A stretch of DNA of 64,000 bases from NCBI RefSeq assembly GCF_000150275.1, contig NW_002060954.1, positions 1,426,001-1,490,000 on the forward strand, read 5' to 3'. The stretch is from Trichoplax adhaerens. Its lineage: Eukaryota > Animalia > Placozoa. Each line of letters opens with the position of its first letter. The first letter of the stretch is position 1. Both the position numbers and the translations under genes were made by a program. Under the pieces are notes generated by a model. It did not search any database, was not told the origin of the DNA, and saw nothing but the letters and a program-made list of their open reading frames with translations. This document shows, in pieces, positions 27,779 to 42,241 of the stretch.

Positions 27779-30769
27779 ATGATAAAAATGAGTAAGCAAG
27801 ATTCTCATCGTCTAGATAGTGATACTTTAAGTTACTTTAAAAGAGTAAAAGAAGTTATCCAAGATGACTCCTTTGAAAATGATGAAGATAAATCTATGTT
27901 TGTCCAAAATGTTTTCGAGCAAGTGCTGGACAAGACAATCGAGCTGTGCAAGCATCAAAATACATCCTTAATTTTAGAGCAATTAATACCTATGATGAAT
28001 CATAATCAAATTTGCGCATTTGATGCTAAATTGAAGGAATCTTTTAAGTCGTTAGCAACAGATCGTGCAGGTAGTCATGTAATCCAAGCAGTTATCGCCA
28101 AGATAACAAAATTATTACAAGAGAACAATTTAAAAGAGAAAATTCTGACTATGTATATGGAATTGATTTGTCAAACTTGCCAAATAGTTCAGCAAGAAAT
28201 AACTACTTTGATATTTGATACTTATGCTTCTCATATCTTAAGACAAATCTTGGTACTTATAAGTGGCTTACGTACTACTGATAATAACTTGGATAAACCA
28301 TCACAACCTGTAAAATTAAGACATAAAGAGGCCAATTCAATTGATTATTACTTACAGAAAGAATTGAACATTGCTATTAGAAAACCATTGAACAATAGAT
28401 TGATGGAATTAACAACAGAAATTACTTCAAAATGCAACTTTAACCACATCATAACAAACACTATGAGTTGTTCAGTACTAGAGGTCCTCCTCACAGCTCT
28501 CGCTAAAGGCAATACACCATCATGTAGGGATTTAATTCTAAAAATTATAGGTGAAATTGATTCTTTTAACCTTCGACATCATGATAGCAGGTGATTATTC
28601 TTACTCTTTAAATTGTACTTTAAACGGCTTACTGAATCTTTCTGATCTATCAATTAAGCCGCTGGCATAATACGTACTCTCATATGCTAGCGAAACCATC
28701 ATGTGCATCTCCTTTCCATATGCGTATATTACACTGTTGATGGGCACGTACAATCTATAAAAGTTCTAACCGTTACCTGAATTTTTTATTTCAGCTCTAG
28801 TATTTTACCTTGCTTCAGCCATCCTGTTGTTAGTCACCTTTTCGACAAGATCCTGCAAGTTGCATCTGCTAACACTCTGGATCACGTCTATTCCAAATAT
28901 CTTAAGAATTCTCTATTGACGATGTCCCTTCATCCAATTGCTAATCACTCCGTACAAAATTTTATATCTCATAGCCAATTCGAAACTCAAGTATGGCTAA
29001 TTACCGATAAAATGAAATTATGAAGCGTTATACTGATACAATAATTTAGTAATTATTGCATTAATTACGACGTACTTTTGCCTTATATACTATTTATGAC
29101 GGCAGTTATAATTAAAATTATATCCTTGATACAGATATCGTAGTGTCCTCCTATTAATACATTGTATCAGATGCTGATCTTACCGCAGATTTTGTTATTT
29201 AATTTTTAGATAGAAAGTGCCATGAGCGAGCTCTCAGATTATTTCGAAGATATCTTTGCTGTTGGCCACTGTGGTATTATTGTTAGTATGCTCCAGACTG
29301 GTGTTCGGTATCCTAAGTATCAAAAGAAATTATGGAAGTCGCTTGTTACAGCATTTCATGTAACAGAAGATCAAGACTACTACAACAAATGTGTCCTATT
29401 GATTATCACATTAAGCACATACGAAGTATATTTTAACGTTGAAAATGTAGGTATCATACCAAATAAGAAATAATCATAGTGTAACTGGTGATTACGCAAG
29501 ATGAGTTAAACGATATTTTAATGTAGTAATATAATATATAAACAATAGTTAGTGTATTCCTTATACTGCTTTCAGTAGTGTTCGTAATTGCCACAAAATT
29601 GACAAATTAATACGTATATATCTCGTTTCCGTTATTTTATTTCAATAAACATATTTTATTTACTCCTTTTCTAGACCGATGGTGATACAGAAAATAAGAC
29701 TCTAACGGAAATTAATCATTTTGGAGCTTTGATTCTACAATCGTTATTTAAGTTTAACAGCAATTCCGACCTATTAAAGAGTTGGTTTCTATTAAAACGT
29801 GAGGAATTACTTTTCATTGCATGCGATATAACTGGCAATCATATTATTGAAGCTTTTTTTGAAAGTTCAACCATTTCTTATAAGAAAAAAAAGAAATTGA
29901 TCGATCTTTACAAGGTAACTTACCAAATATGAAGATGAAGATACGATCAATAGATGTCATTAACTGAAAAACTACGATTATTTCTATTTGATGAATTCGC
30001 TATAGGGATCTTATTGCCATTTAGCTTGCAATAAGTATGGAAGTCGGTCACTGGAATGCTGCTGGCGTGCTGCAGAAATGACTTTGAAGGAAGAAATTGC
30101 AAAAGAATTAGTTGAACAAGGATCTAATTTGCGATCTAATTTTTACGGAAAGATTATATTTCATAAATGTAATTTGCAATATTTTAAAAAAAAAATCGAA
30201 ATGTGGTCATCAAAGGAACAAGCTAAAGATAGAAAGCGACAAACTCTCTCCAGTATATTAGATGAAGTTAACGATAATACTAAACAAGCTAAGAGAGCTT
30301 TAGCCAAAAGCTCTAACTTATCTGACTCTAAGAAGGGATCAAATTATTTTGGTAAGGAACTATCATTATTAGGATTTAAGCCACAAAATTTGGAAGAAGC
30401 TGATAATGCAGAAAAGGTATGTCAACCCTAAAGTATACGTATTGAACGACTAGCATCAATCTAAATATCTACTTTTTAAGTACACCATGTTTGTTTGTAT
30501 TACACGCGTAATGGTATGTATTCCTTTTCCAGAATACCGCTACAAGTTCCAAAACTACCACTGATTGTATAGATGAAGTATTTGGCAAAGCAAATATGGA
30601 CAATAAGGGTAACATACAATCGAAGAAATTAAAAACGCAGGTGTCAGAAGAACAACAAGGTGATAACTCGGAAGTAAAGAAAGACATGCAACCTATCTTA
30701 GAAGCGATTACTTCTATCAAAAAAAGAAAAAAATCAAAAAAGACTACGAAACGAAAGTTTATGTCTTAA
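27779..30769 (+). CDS. NOP9: Nucleolar protein 9 (Pumilio-repeat 18S rRNA processing factor), multi-exon
   Basis: RLDSDTLSYFKRV; PUF-like repeats SLILEQL, DRAGSHVIQ, DTYASHILR, HPIANHSVQ, DITGNHIIE, NKYGSRSLECCW; Lys-rich tail ending KRKFMS-TAA; start is ATG 27779 or 27788. Confidence 0.88.
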
Positions 30770-31544
30770 ATTAAATACCGCAGGAAGTTATTTTAATGAT
30801 ATAACATTTTTAACATGCAATTCAGAAAACTAATGACCTTTCCGATAGAGCGGAGTCCAGATAATGTCTATTCTCAGTCACAATTTATGGATGATAGCAA
30901 AACGTCATTTTTTGATCAGCTTTATTTATATACGTGTAAGCAGCATTTGATTGATTGTCATTTGAAGGATGAAATAGAATTGAAGTATGAAATTTGATAT
31001 ACGAGTAAGTGTTAACTGTGCTAGCGCGGTCACAATGTAATGACTGTTGTCTGTAGTAGTAAAACAAATAAAAATGTTGAACACTCGTAGCGTAATACTA
31101 TCGCTGTAGATTAGAATCGTATAATAACTCATTTTTCATCTAGATGAGAATTGTAAGCAACTTATGATCTATGATACGCAGTATTTGATGAAAGTTTCAG
31201 AAAAGAATCCAAAATTATGCGATTCTGCTAACACTGTATTGCATTAGCAGCTAAGTTATTCATTCATTTTTTTCCTTTCTTTCTGCACTAGCAGAAACGT
31301 TAATTGGATATTAATCTGATTTTGGAAAACTTTATAATAATGAATTATAACTATACTAGGCTCTCTGTTTACAGAAGATAGTATATCATGCGGAAGATTT
31401 TTTCAAAAAATGGCGTATGATATCCATACTATCTTTAATTTCAAAGTTTTTGAGAGGTTCGAGAGTCTGCACCAGTGGCGTAAACGAACCCAAGCTAAAA
31501 ATAGTCTGCAGTGGAGACGACTTCTCTTCCCTTTGCAGTTTGTC

Positions 31545-31880
31545 TATACAGTATGTACGTACTACACTAATAGCAGTGTCTGTACCATAAATCTGTATAG
31601 AACATGGAGGTCTTTTTTGACCTAGTATGAGATTTTGTGTACTTTACAGTGTACAGTGTACCGTACTGTACTTTACAGTCCACCGTACTGTATTTTACAG
31701 TCCACTGTACTGTACGTACTGTACCGTATCATGCTCAGGACAAAGGCTTATTTCGTTAAGCGAAAAGGAGCTTCAACTTCAAATTGCATAGTGTGGTATA
31801 GTGCTATAGCTAGTGTACGGTACAGTGCGACTCCTTTCGTCGTTCACCTTTCGGGCTGGACTGTACTCAGCGTACTGTAA
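31545..31880. repeat. Degenerate CAGTA/TACTG array upstream of PSMA7
   Basis: Core 31637-31727 TGTACTTTACAGTGTACAGTGTACCGTACTGTAC...ACTGTACTGTACGTACTGTACCGTA. Confidence 0.8.
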
Positions 31881-31955
31881 GTCCTGTAACGCATGACTCA
31901 TGATGACACAGAGTAAGAGTACTTCAGTGGTGCGAGTGGCTGAAACGGAACTTGA

Positions 31956-34031
<2,076 letters not shown>

Positions 34032-34733
34032 GGTGTATAAGTTGGCTTTAAAATTATTTTGGTTGCCAATTGTGAATATTACACCTTTGTAAGAATTATG
34101 CTACGAAAACTTAGCTAAATTGTATCGATTTCCGTTTCGGTATTATCTATATACTCCTTAGTACAGCGTTCACCGTTGTTGTTAAATTCTTTCGTATTGT
34201 TCTTAACTTTCATATTGTTAGTCATTGTCACTTTTTGATCATCATATCTATTCAAAATTTGTTACTTTCCTCTAAAGTATCTTGCTTGTAAGCAAAACTC
34301 ATAAATAAACACAATAAGTGTCCAATTGATAATCGAAAATCGTCGCTTAATTCTGATTGATTTAATACTTTTTGTTGTGCAACCTTTAACGGACGAAAAC
34401 TTATCACGCTTACAAAACACTAATTTAAAACAGCTAGTCCATTATTTTGGATATAACATCACATCCTATCATCCAATATAGTTAACTGATGGAATAAAGT
34501 AAACCTTTACCTTAATGCCGTAACATTTAACACTATAGATCGTATCATTAATGATAGTATGATAAGGCAACATCACACCAGTAAATTACAATCACGCTAA
34601 CCAGTAGAAAAAAGAGTATTACAGGATCATCTATAAATATATTTGTTTTATCCACGAGATCGATACAAAGATGCTACATCGTGTATATAAGATCCTACTG
34701 GTCGCACTTAGACGTAATCAAATGATTGAAAAT

Positions 34734-37505
34734 TTAATTATGGTGGAGAGACAATCTAAAAATTTGATTAAAAATAAAGTATGTACTCGGATCAGCTTGC
34801 CTTAAATGAAATATTTCTGAGAATGTCATTGGCGGATCATCGTCAGTCTAGAAGTTAAAAGATGCATAAATCATTACAATAGTCACTTTTAGTACCTTTT
34901 ACATGCAGTAAAGTACTGCAACGATTCAATAATAACTCTTTACAATCTAAAAAAAACTCCATTTTAATAATCCAACTTGCAGCGCATTTAATAAGGTGTA
35001 GCGATGAATAAAATGCGGTTACTATGTATCTTTATCGTCCAATTATCAGACAGAAACTATCCAAAGTTAATATACTGTATAATTCTGAGAAGCAACAATA
35101 ACTGTTAATTTACGAATCAATACCATACGCGTATATCTAGTAATTTATCAATTGGGTAGCCAAAAGATCATGCTAAAACTGTAATTATTTTTGCTCATTT
35201 ATCATGTATTGCAGGTAGAACAGCTAATTATAGCCTAAAGCTAGTAAAATACTGAATTTTTCTTTAATACAAACCCTACACTACACTAAAGAAGATACAC
35301 AATCAGATTACGTATAACTATATCAACGCAAAGGGCTAGTACATACAATCTGATGAATAAATTTATTTACCTTTAGCTGTCCGATGACAAAAACAAGAAC
35401 TCCACCTTCAGTTGGCTGAACATCAGTTGTAGTAATTATATGTTTAATAGTCTTAAAAGTTAGCTCCTGTAAGAATGAAACATAAAAATTTAACAGAATT
35501 ACTAGCTTGCAAACAATCAGTTTAGCTTTCGCCACGTAAAAACTATGAAATACGTTAGGACTCTTCATGAGTCATCAAAAGAATGGCATTGTCAAGTTAA
35601 TATCAAATTATCATCTCTACTGATTTGATACGCTAATCAATAACAAGGGGATACCGCATTTAAATGAGTCAACTTTACTCGCTGCTAGTGTGTACTTTAT
35701 ACTCTATTAATGAGACCTTGCTTTCTACTCTGTATTAATCTATAAATGTAAGGTAGCAAATACAATCTATCTACAAGAATTTTTGAATTATTTACATTGT
35801 TAGTGTTCAGCTATCGTTATACTACTCCTTGTATGGACATCATAGTCCTCTTAATAAATAAAGTTTTGTAACTTTAACCTATATCTGCTACTCTTACACA
35901 CAATCAATCTGTACAGGACAATTCTTACGTTGGAAAATGTACCTTATTTTACCGTTAACGTACAGTGCTATAGTTGCATAACCAAGTATAGTAACACAAT
36001 TTGATTAAATACCAGCTTCATGAAGCAGGGTAAAAGCTTGCTATTTGTTTTAATAGTTGAGCAGGAATTTATAATAAAACCTACTCTAATGTAAGATCAA
36101 AAACACCTCGTACGCATATCATTAGACTAAAATTGACATCCATCATTTCCTAGCAAGCCGATACATATATATAGACATCTCTATTCCAGTGTACTAACAT
36201 AGATTTGATACCATCAACATGCATAACTACAATCGATATACAGTCTCAAATATACAAGTAGAATTTTCTGATGGAATACAACCAAAATGTGAGAACAGTA
36301 GATATAAAATATTAGCGAATGTAAGCTGCCGGTCAACTACTGCAAAAGCGTTATGTATTGAATTCTTTATTTAATTTACGTACCATTAATTTTTTTACAA
36401 TACTATCAGGACCTTGGCATGGTGTACCTTCAAATGTTAGCATCGATTGATCTCTCTAAATTCCAAAAATAAATATAATTAACAAGAGTTACTTATAAAA
36501 TGATAATCTTTGAATAGGGGAAGGGGAATGACGTTTATAGTCCTTGTCTCTCCTTGGCGAAGCCATCTACGCGAGTATTATAAGTTTCGTAAAACGATAT
36601 GTAAGCTATCTGACATTTTAAAAACTGTTGTGTAGAAAAAGCATAATTTCACCTTTTGCAACATATCAATATGCAAACTATTCTATGACTTTTGGCCATT
36701 AGAATGTTGAAGGAGATTATTCGTTTGGTATATCGCATTATGATCATTGCAACATGGTCGTTAACTATATTATGCAATTACTAACTGATTCTAATATATT
36801 CACCAAGTCATGTACACCTAAATTCAGCATCAATACTACCTTCATATCTATATTGCAAATACTAAATAAATTATCAGCTTTCCAAATACAGTATAGTACG
36901 TAATATATGCGTTACAATTTATTAAACGACCTTCATTTGCTTTGGTGCCTCTTTGTAATAAGTGTCAACGTTTATCACCCATTACGTCAGTGAAATGATA
37001 CTGTATTTTTTTTTACTTTAAATAGGTATAAGCTTGCTCTAGCATTACTTTAGTATCACTACAGACTAGTTGACAGTCAAAAGTAGTTAACGTTATATAT
37101 ACGCAGTTAAAATGGTCAGCGTTCAGAGTCTACAGCTAAACTGTATAGACAAGAACTCTCCAATTCTATTTAACGTGATAAAGATAAGCGAACTTGTAAA
37201 ATTGACATACAGTAAGCTCACTAGCAAAACGACAACGACTTTAATGCCAAAGTTGATCATGGTATATAGCATATCATCACTGGCTGTAGCCAATTTTATC
37301 CTTTCTGTTGATGCCTCTATACAGTAACACTACCCTGTCATCCTCATTGATGAGTTATGCTTGAATAACTGTACTTAGTGTTGACAGTACTCTCCCAATT
37401 TGATTGATAGCAACTTACGTAGAGCATTTGTAGATTAGCCCGGTTCACATCGAAGGCGTTATAATATTGTTGGACGAAGGATTTACCAATACTTTCGTAA
37501 CTCAT
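34734..37505 (-). CDS. NUTF2: Nuclear transport factor 2, 4 exons
   Basis: MSYESIGKSFVQQYYNAFDVNRANLQMLY | RDQSMLTFEGTPCQGPDSIVKKLM | ELTFKTIKHIITTTDVQPTEGGVLVFVIGQLK | TDDDPPMTFSEIFHL...NQIFRLSLHHN-TAA; all introns GT-AG. Confidence 0.95.
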
Positions 37506-37654
37506 TTCTTCTTACTTTTATTCGCTGATATTGGCAGTACTACACAGGAGCAATGTACACTGAAATGAATAGCGCAGTTCACTACTATCTGTTAAACGAG
37601 ATCGAGTTGATTGCGATGCCACGCACGACGTTAGCAAGAAACTTTTTCGACACG

Positions 37655-37949
37655 ACCCTGCGAAAGTGGGGGTGAAAAACTGTAGTACAGTACAGTACAG
37701 TAGGTCTGCGAGTTACAGTACTTTGATTATAGTACTGTAGGTTGCGTACAGTACAGTACAATCTTTACAGTACAATTTGAAATGTCACCCCGCGAAAGTG
37801 GGGGTGAAAAACTATACTGTACTGTAGTACTGTACAGTACAGTACAGTACAGTACAGTGCAGTAGGTCTGCGAGTTACAGTACTTTGTACGGTAGTAGAT
37901 TGCGTACAGTACAGTACAATCTTTACAGTACAATTTGAAATGTCACCCC
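37655..37949. repeat. Tandem duplication (about 132-bp and about 163-bp copies) containing CAGTA arrays, in the NUTF2-LSM14 promoter
   Basis: ACCC(T/C)GCGAAAGTGGGGGTGAAAAACT...(CAGTA)n...GTAGGTCTGCGAGTTACAGTACTTTG...CAATTTGAAATGTCACCC starting at 37655 and 37787. Confidence 0.9.
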
Positions 37950-38219
37950 AATTTTCTATCTATTGGTACTGTAGCTGCCCACTCAGTACTCCAGTGCAAA
38001 CCGGACTAGGGTGACACTTTAAATTGAATAGACTGTACTGTACTTCAATGAATAACTAGGAAGAAAGTAGACTGTAAGTACAGTACATTTTAACCACGGA
38101 TTCGTGTCAATTCAAATGGCCAAACTCATTTTTTTTCGGTTTTTCTATGTTAGGGACTTGCAATCCAAAAAAAGAAACCAGACTGTCCAATTTGTCCATG
38201 ATTGATTGGTTATTAACTA

Positions 38220-38625
38220 CGCAGTACAGTACAGTAATTGGTAATTGATACTACACTGTATACAGTATTCAAAAGTTTTTACATACTGTACTGTACAGTG
38301 TACAGTACTGTACTGTAGTGTCCCCAGGGACAGAGTACTGTACTCTACAGTACACTGTACAGTAGTACAGTACAGACAGTACCGTACAGTACTCTATAGT
38401 ATGTACTGTGTACTGTACTGCACAGTACTATTTTTGTACCGTGTGTACAGTACAGTACAGTGTACAGTACAATACAGTACTGTACTCTGTACTGTACAAA
38501 AATTTTTTTTTTTTTTCTTGTCTCCACTGTACGGTACTGGACAATTTACCAGTGGAATGATCTACGTACTGTACAGTACTACAGTATACTGTACGGTGAA
38601 CGGTAAACTCGTTGTACTGTACAGC
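38220..38625. repeat. Large mixed-orientation CAGTA/TACTG array immediately upstream of LSM14
   Basis: About 400 bp dominated by ACTGT/ACAGT pentamers, with a T-tract at about 38503-38517. Confidence 0.92.
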
Positions 38626-38747
38626 AACATCCAGTTGAAAGATCATTTTCGATCGGTGAAAGCTACACTTTGAAGTCAGTGGCATCAATTATTGCAGCGT
38701 CTTTTAATCGGATCCATCCTTGCGCTTAATCGCGTCCACGATCGGCT

Positions 38748-41057
38748 ATGAGTTCAAGCGATACCACTCCCTACATCGGTAGTAAAATTAGCCTCATTTC
38801 CAAGGCACAAATTCGTTATGAAGGCACTTTATCTGCCATTGACACCAATGAATCTACCGTTCATTTATCCGACGGTTAGTTCAACTTGAACGATGGATTG
38901 TATTGTACTGTACGTAAATTGGTTATTGTCCCTATTGCTCCAATTTTGCTCCAAAAAATGACATGGATTAGCTTGAAGAAGAATACAGTATCATTGCTTC
39001 AATTGTACTCTAAATGTTGTAAATGTTATCATTACTAATCCAATAGCAATCTTTTTTATACAAAATGCAAATTGTCAAACTAAGCTATTTTACTGTTACA
39101 CTATTACTTTGCCCTAACTTCAACTTCATCGTCTAGATGTAGCTCTTATAGTACAAACTTGAGTATCACCACGATACTTTATACTGACTCTTATACTTTT
39201 AACAAACAAATTCAGTCAAGTCATTTGGTACCGAAAATAGGGACCGTAATCGCCCTATTCCACCACAAAGTCAAGTTTATCCTTACGTTATATTCAATGG
39301 CGCTGAAATTGAAGATTTGCAAGTTTGTGAGCCTCCACGTAGTACCGCTGCAGAAGTAACTGCACCTTATAGCGATCCTGCTATTGTATCGGTGAATATC
39401 TTATTGACTGTTACAGTAATAAAAATGAATAATTTAATCAACCGTTTCAACTATTGTATCATACGCATTTCTTACTTTGACGTAATTTCAATCTATCCTA
39501 TCGTCAGTCGTCGAAAATGATGAACATGAATATGGATCCACGACCGCTTGCTCCTCCACCGATGATGCCTTCTACTGCTGCAGTTAACTATAACTCATTT
39601 GGAATGTACTCTGGTAGTTCATCGATGATGCAAGCACCAGGATACATGCCCGGACCAAGTAGGAATATCCCTGCTACAACACAGCCTACCTTTAATCCTA
39701 TTATTAGTATGCCATCAACAGCAATGGTCACCCCGGCTGCAATAACCTCATCGACTAATACTAATTCGCCTTCTGCTAGCAAAACGACACTCAAGACACC
39801 AAATGTAATTGCCAGCACTTCCCCCCAAGAATCAACTACGGATAATAAGGCCGTAGACACCGTTTCCAATAATAAATCATCTAAAATCAACGAAGAATCG
39901 AAGCAACCGGAAACACCACAGAATGAGAAAGAAAATGAATTAAAACAACCAGAAGAGGAAAAAACTACAGAGGAAGAAGAAAAACGTGAAGATTCCAACA
40001 AAGACAGTAAAACTGCCAGGACATATCAACATCAAAATTATAATCGAAGGCAATTTTCCGGTAAGATGGACAAGTAGTGATAACTATAGTGTTATTATCA
40101 CTAGTCATTGACTACTAGATATATCATCTTAGTAATCCATGATAGTAGTTCATGTCACAACAAATGCGGCTATAACTTACAGAACAAATTTTATCAGTTC
40201 TACCTTATCGATTTGCAAACGCACCTAACCTTACTCTTTATCGTGGTCGATATAGAACCTTATTATTTATTTATTATTGAAAGGTCGGAGAGCTAGAAGC
40301 AACTATCATAATAATTACAATCGATCACGACAAGGTCCTTCCAACAATAAACCGCTAAAATTTGATGAAGACTTTGACTTTGAAAAAGCTAACGCGCGTT
40401 TTGAAAAAGAACGCTTAGAGCAAGAGTTAAGCGAAAAAATGAACGAAGAATTGAACATCACAGACGGAAATGAGAGCACAGTCAGCACAAGTTCAGCAAA
40501 TAATCAAAAATTTTATAATAAATCCACGTCATTTTTCGATAGCATATCATGCGAAGCAAATACCAAGAAGCCATCATGGTTACATTTTGCTTCAATACAA
40601 TTGTCTACCTACATTGCTATAATCCGTTAAGAATCAATAATGTTTTCTTTCCCCTTTAGGAAAAATTCCAATAAGAGTGTAAATATGGAAACTTTCGGCG
40701 TCGGTAGCGTAAATTCCGGAAGATATAATAGAGGAAGAGGAAGAGGACGAGGCCGAGGCCGAGGTGGATATGTTCGTGGTCGTGGCAACAACTATAACAA
40801 CAGAGGAAGATATCAGTACAAACGTTCTAACGATAATAATTATAACTCTAACAGTAATCCCAAAAATGTGAGTATACTGATTCTACTCCAAAACTTCTCT
40901 TTACCCAAAAACGAAATATTTTTCTCTTAGAGATGTACGCTGAAATAGATACTATTGGATAATTTACAAGTTAAACGATTTTGTTAAATCTAATTTTTAC
41001 ATCCAAAACCTATTGCATTAATAGACAACTAATAAGAAAAATGACAAAGAATCCTAA
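38748..41057 (+). CDS. LSM14: LSM14/RAP55 (Scd6/Trailer hitch family) mRNP protein, multi-exon
   Basis: Lsm domain [21 protein letters not shown]|VKSFGTENR...[16 protein letters not shown]; DPAIVS; [14 protein letters not shown] (FDF); [15 protein letters not shown] (FFD); NMETFG (TFG); RG repeats; short last exon 41025-41057. Confidence 0.94.
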
Positions 41058-42241
41058 ACCTTTTGGATATTTCCTCTCAGTAAGGTCATTTTAACGCCGA
41101 ACATACGTATTTGAGACACTTGCAGCGAAAGATGGTGTCAAGTCTAGATCAGGCTCTACAATAACTCTTTCAATTGTAAACGTCCCAACGATAACTACTG
41201 TATAACTGCGCGTTGCGTAATTAGGCGTACTTGGATTACAAAATCGCTTTAATCGAGTCATGGAGCAAAGAACAGCACTAACTAACCTAATTATGTATAG
41301 TCTATTTAGATTATCTGCGTGATGTAGCTTTATTGATGTAACTTTTAGGAGTAAAGTTTTTGTAACCTCGCTTGCTATGTGATACAAGTCGATGAGATAA
41401 TATTTAATAATGTTAAATTTATTATAACATTTATGCTCTTTCTACAACTTGTATGATCATTTTTTTTGTTGTCGGTAAATTCTTCATCTTTTCATAGTTG
41501 TCTTATATCTAAATTTAAACAAGTTATTGGAATCTATACAGTGAATATGTGAAGCTATGAATGATATCTGTTTATCATCGATCAATAGCTGTCTTATACA
41601 TATATACATATATATATATACACACATATATGTATGTTTATACATAGTACAACATCTAAAATTGTTACTTTATGAATAGTATTGTCACATTCTGTACAGA
41701 GTATACAGTATTTGCAATGGGTATCAAAAATACCCCAAGAGCCATGCGATATAGGTTCTTCGATGGCATGCTAGAAGTAAAGGCGCTTGCGAATTTGAAT
41801 ATATTATCGCGGTTACTGTAATCCATTTCAGCCTTTTTTAGGATTTTTCTAACGAAGAATCAACTTTAGATTTGCTACATCTGTTATGGTTCAAAACGTA
41901 CGCTAATTTCATGTTAATTTTTACTGTAAAGATCCTAAATTTACTCGTGTGTTCGGTAGATGTCGGAAATATTCCCGCAATCTACCATTGTATAAAGTAA
42001 AAACCAAACAATGTCGAAAGATCAGGAACATACAACTTCCAGATGTTATTACATCAGTTTTTATTTGTTAATAACGGACAAACGAATAAAGTAATTTCTT
42101 TACAGTATTTACAAGATTAATTGGATTTCATATCACCTTAATTACAGTAAATATAACAATATATACGAATCCAAACTTATGGCAGTATTACTATTCACAA
42201 ATGCAATTACCATGATTACATAACCGATACAATTATTTAAA

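Noticed and set aside
31450-31495. GGTTCGAGA B-box-like motif suggesting a tRNA
   Set aside because: No cloverleaf, acceptor stem or A-box could be built around it.
41595-41645. (TA)n/(CA)n tracts here and near 20619-20636 and 26031-26046
   Set aside because: Ordinary short microsatellites with no further structure.
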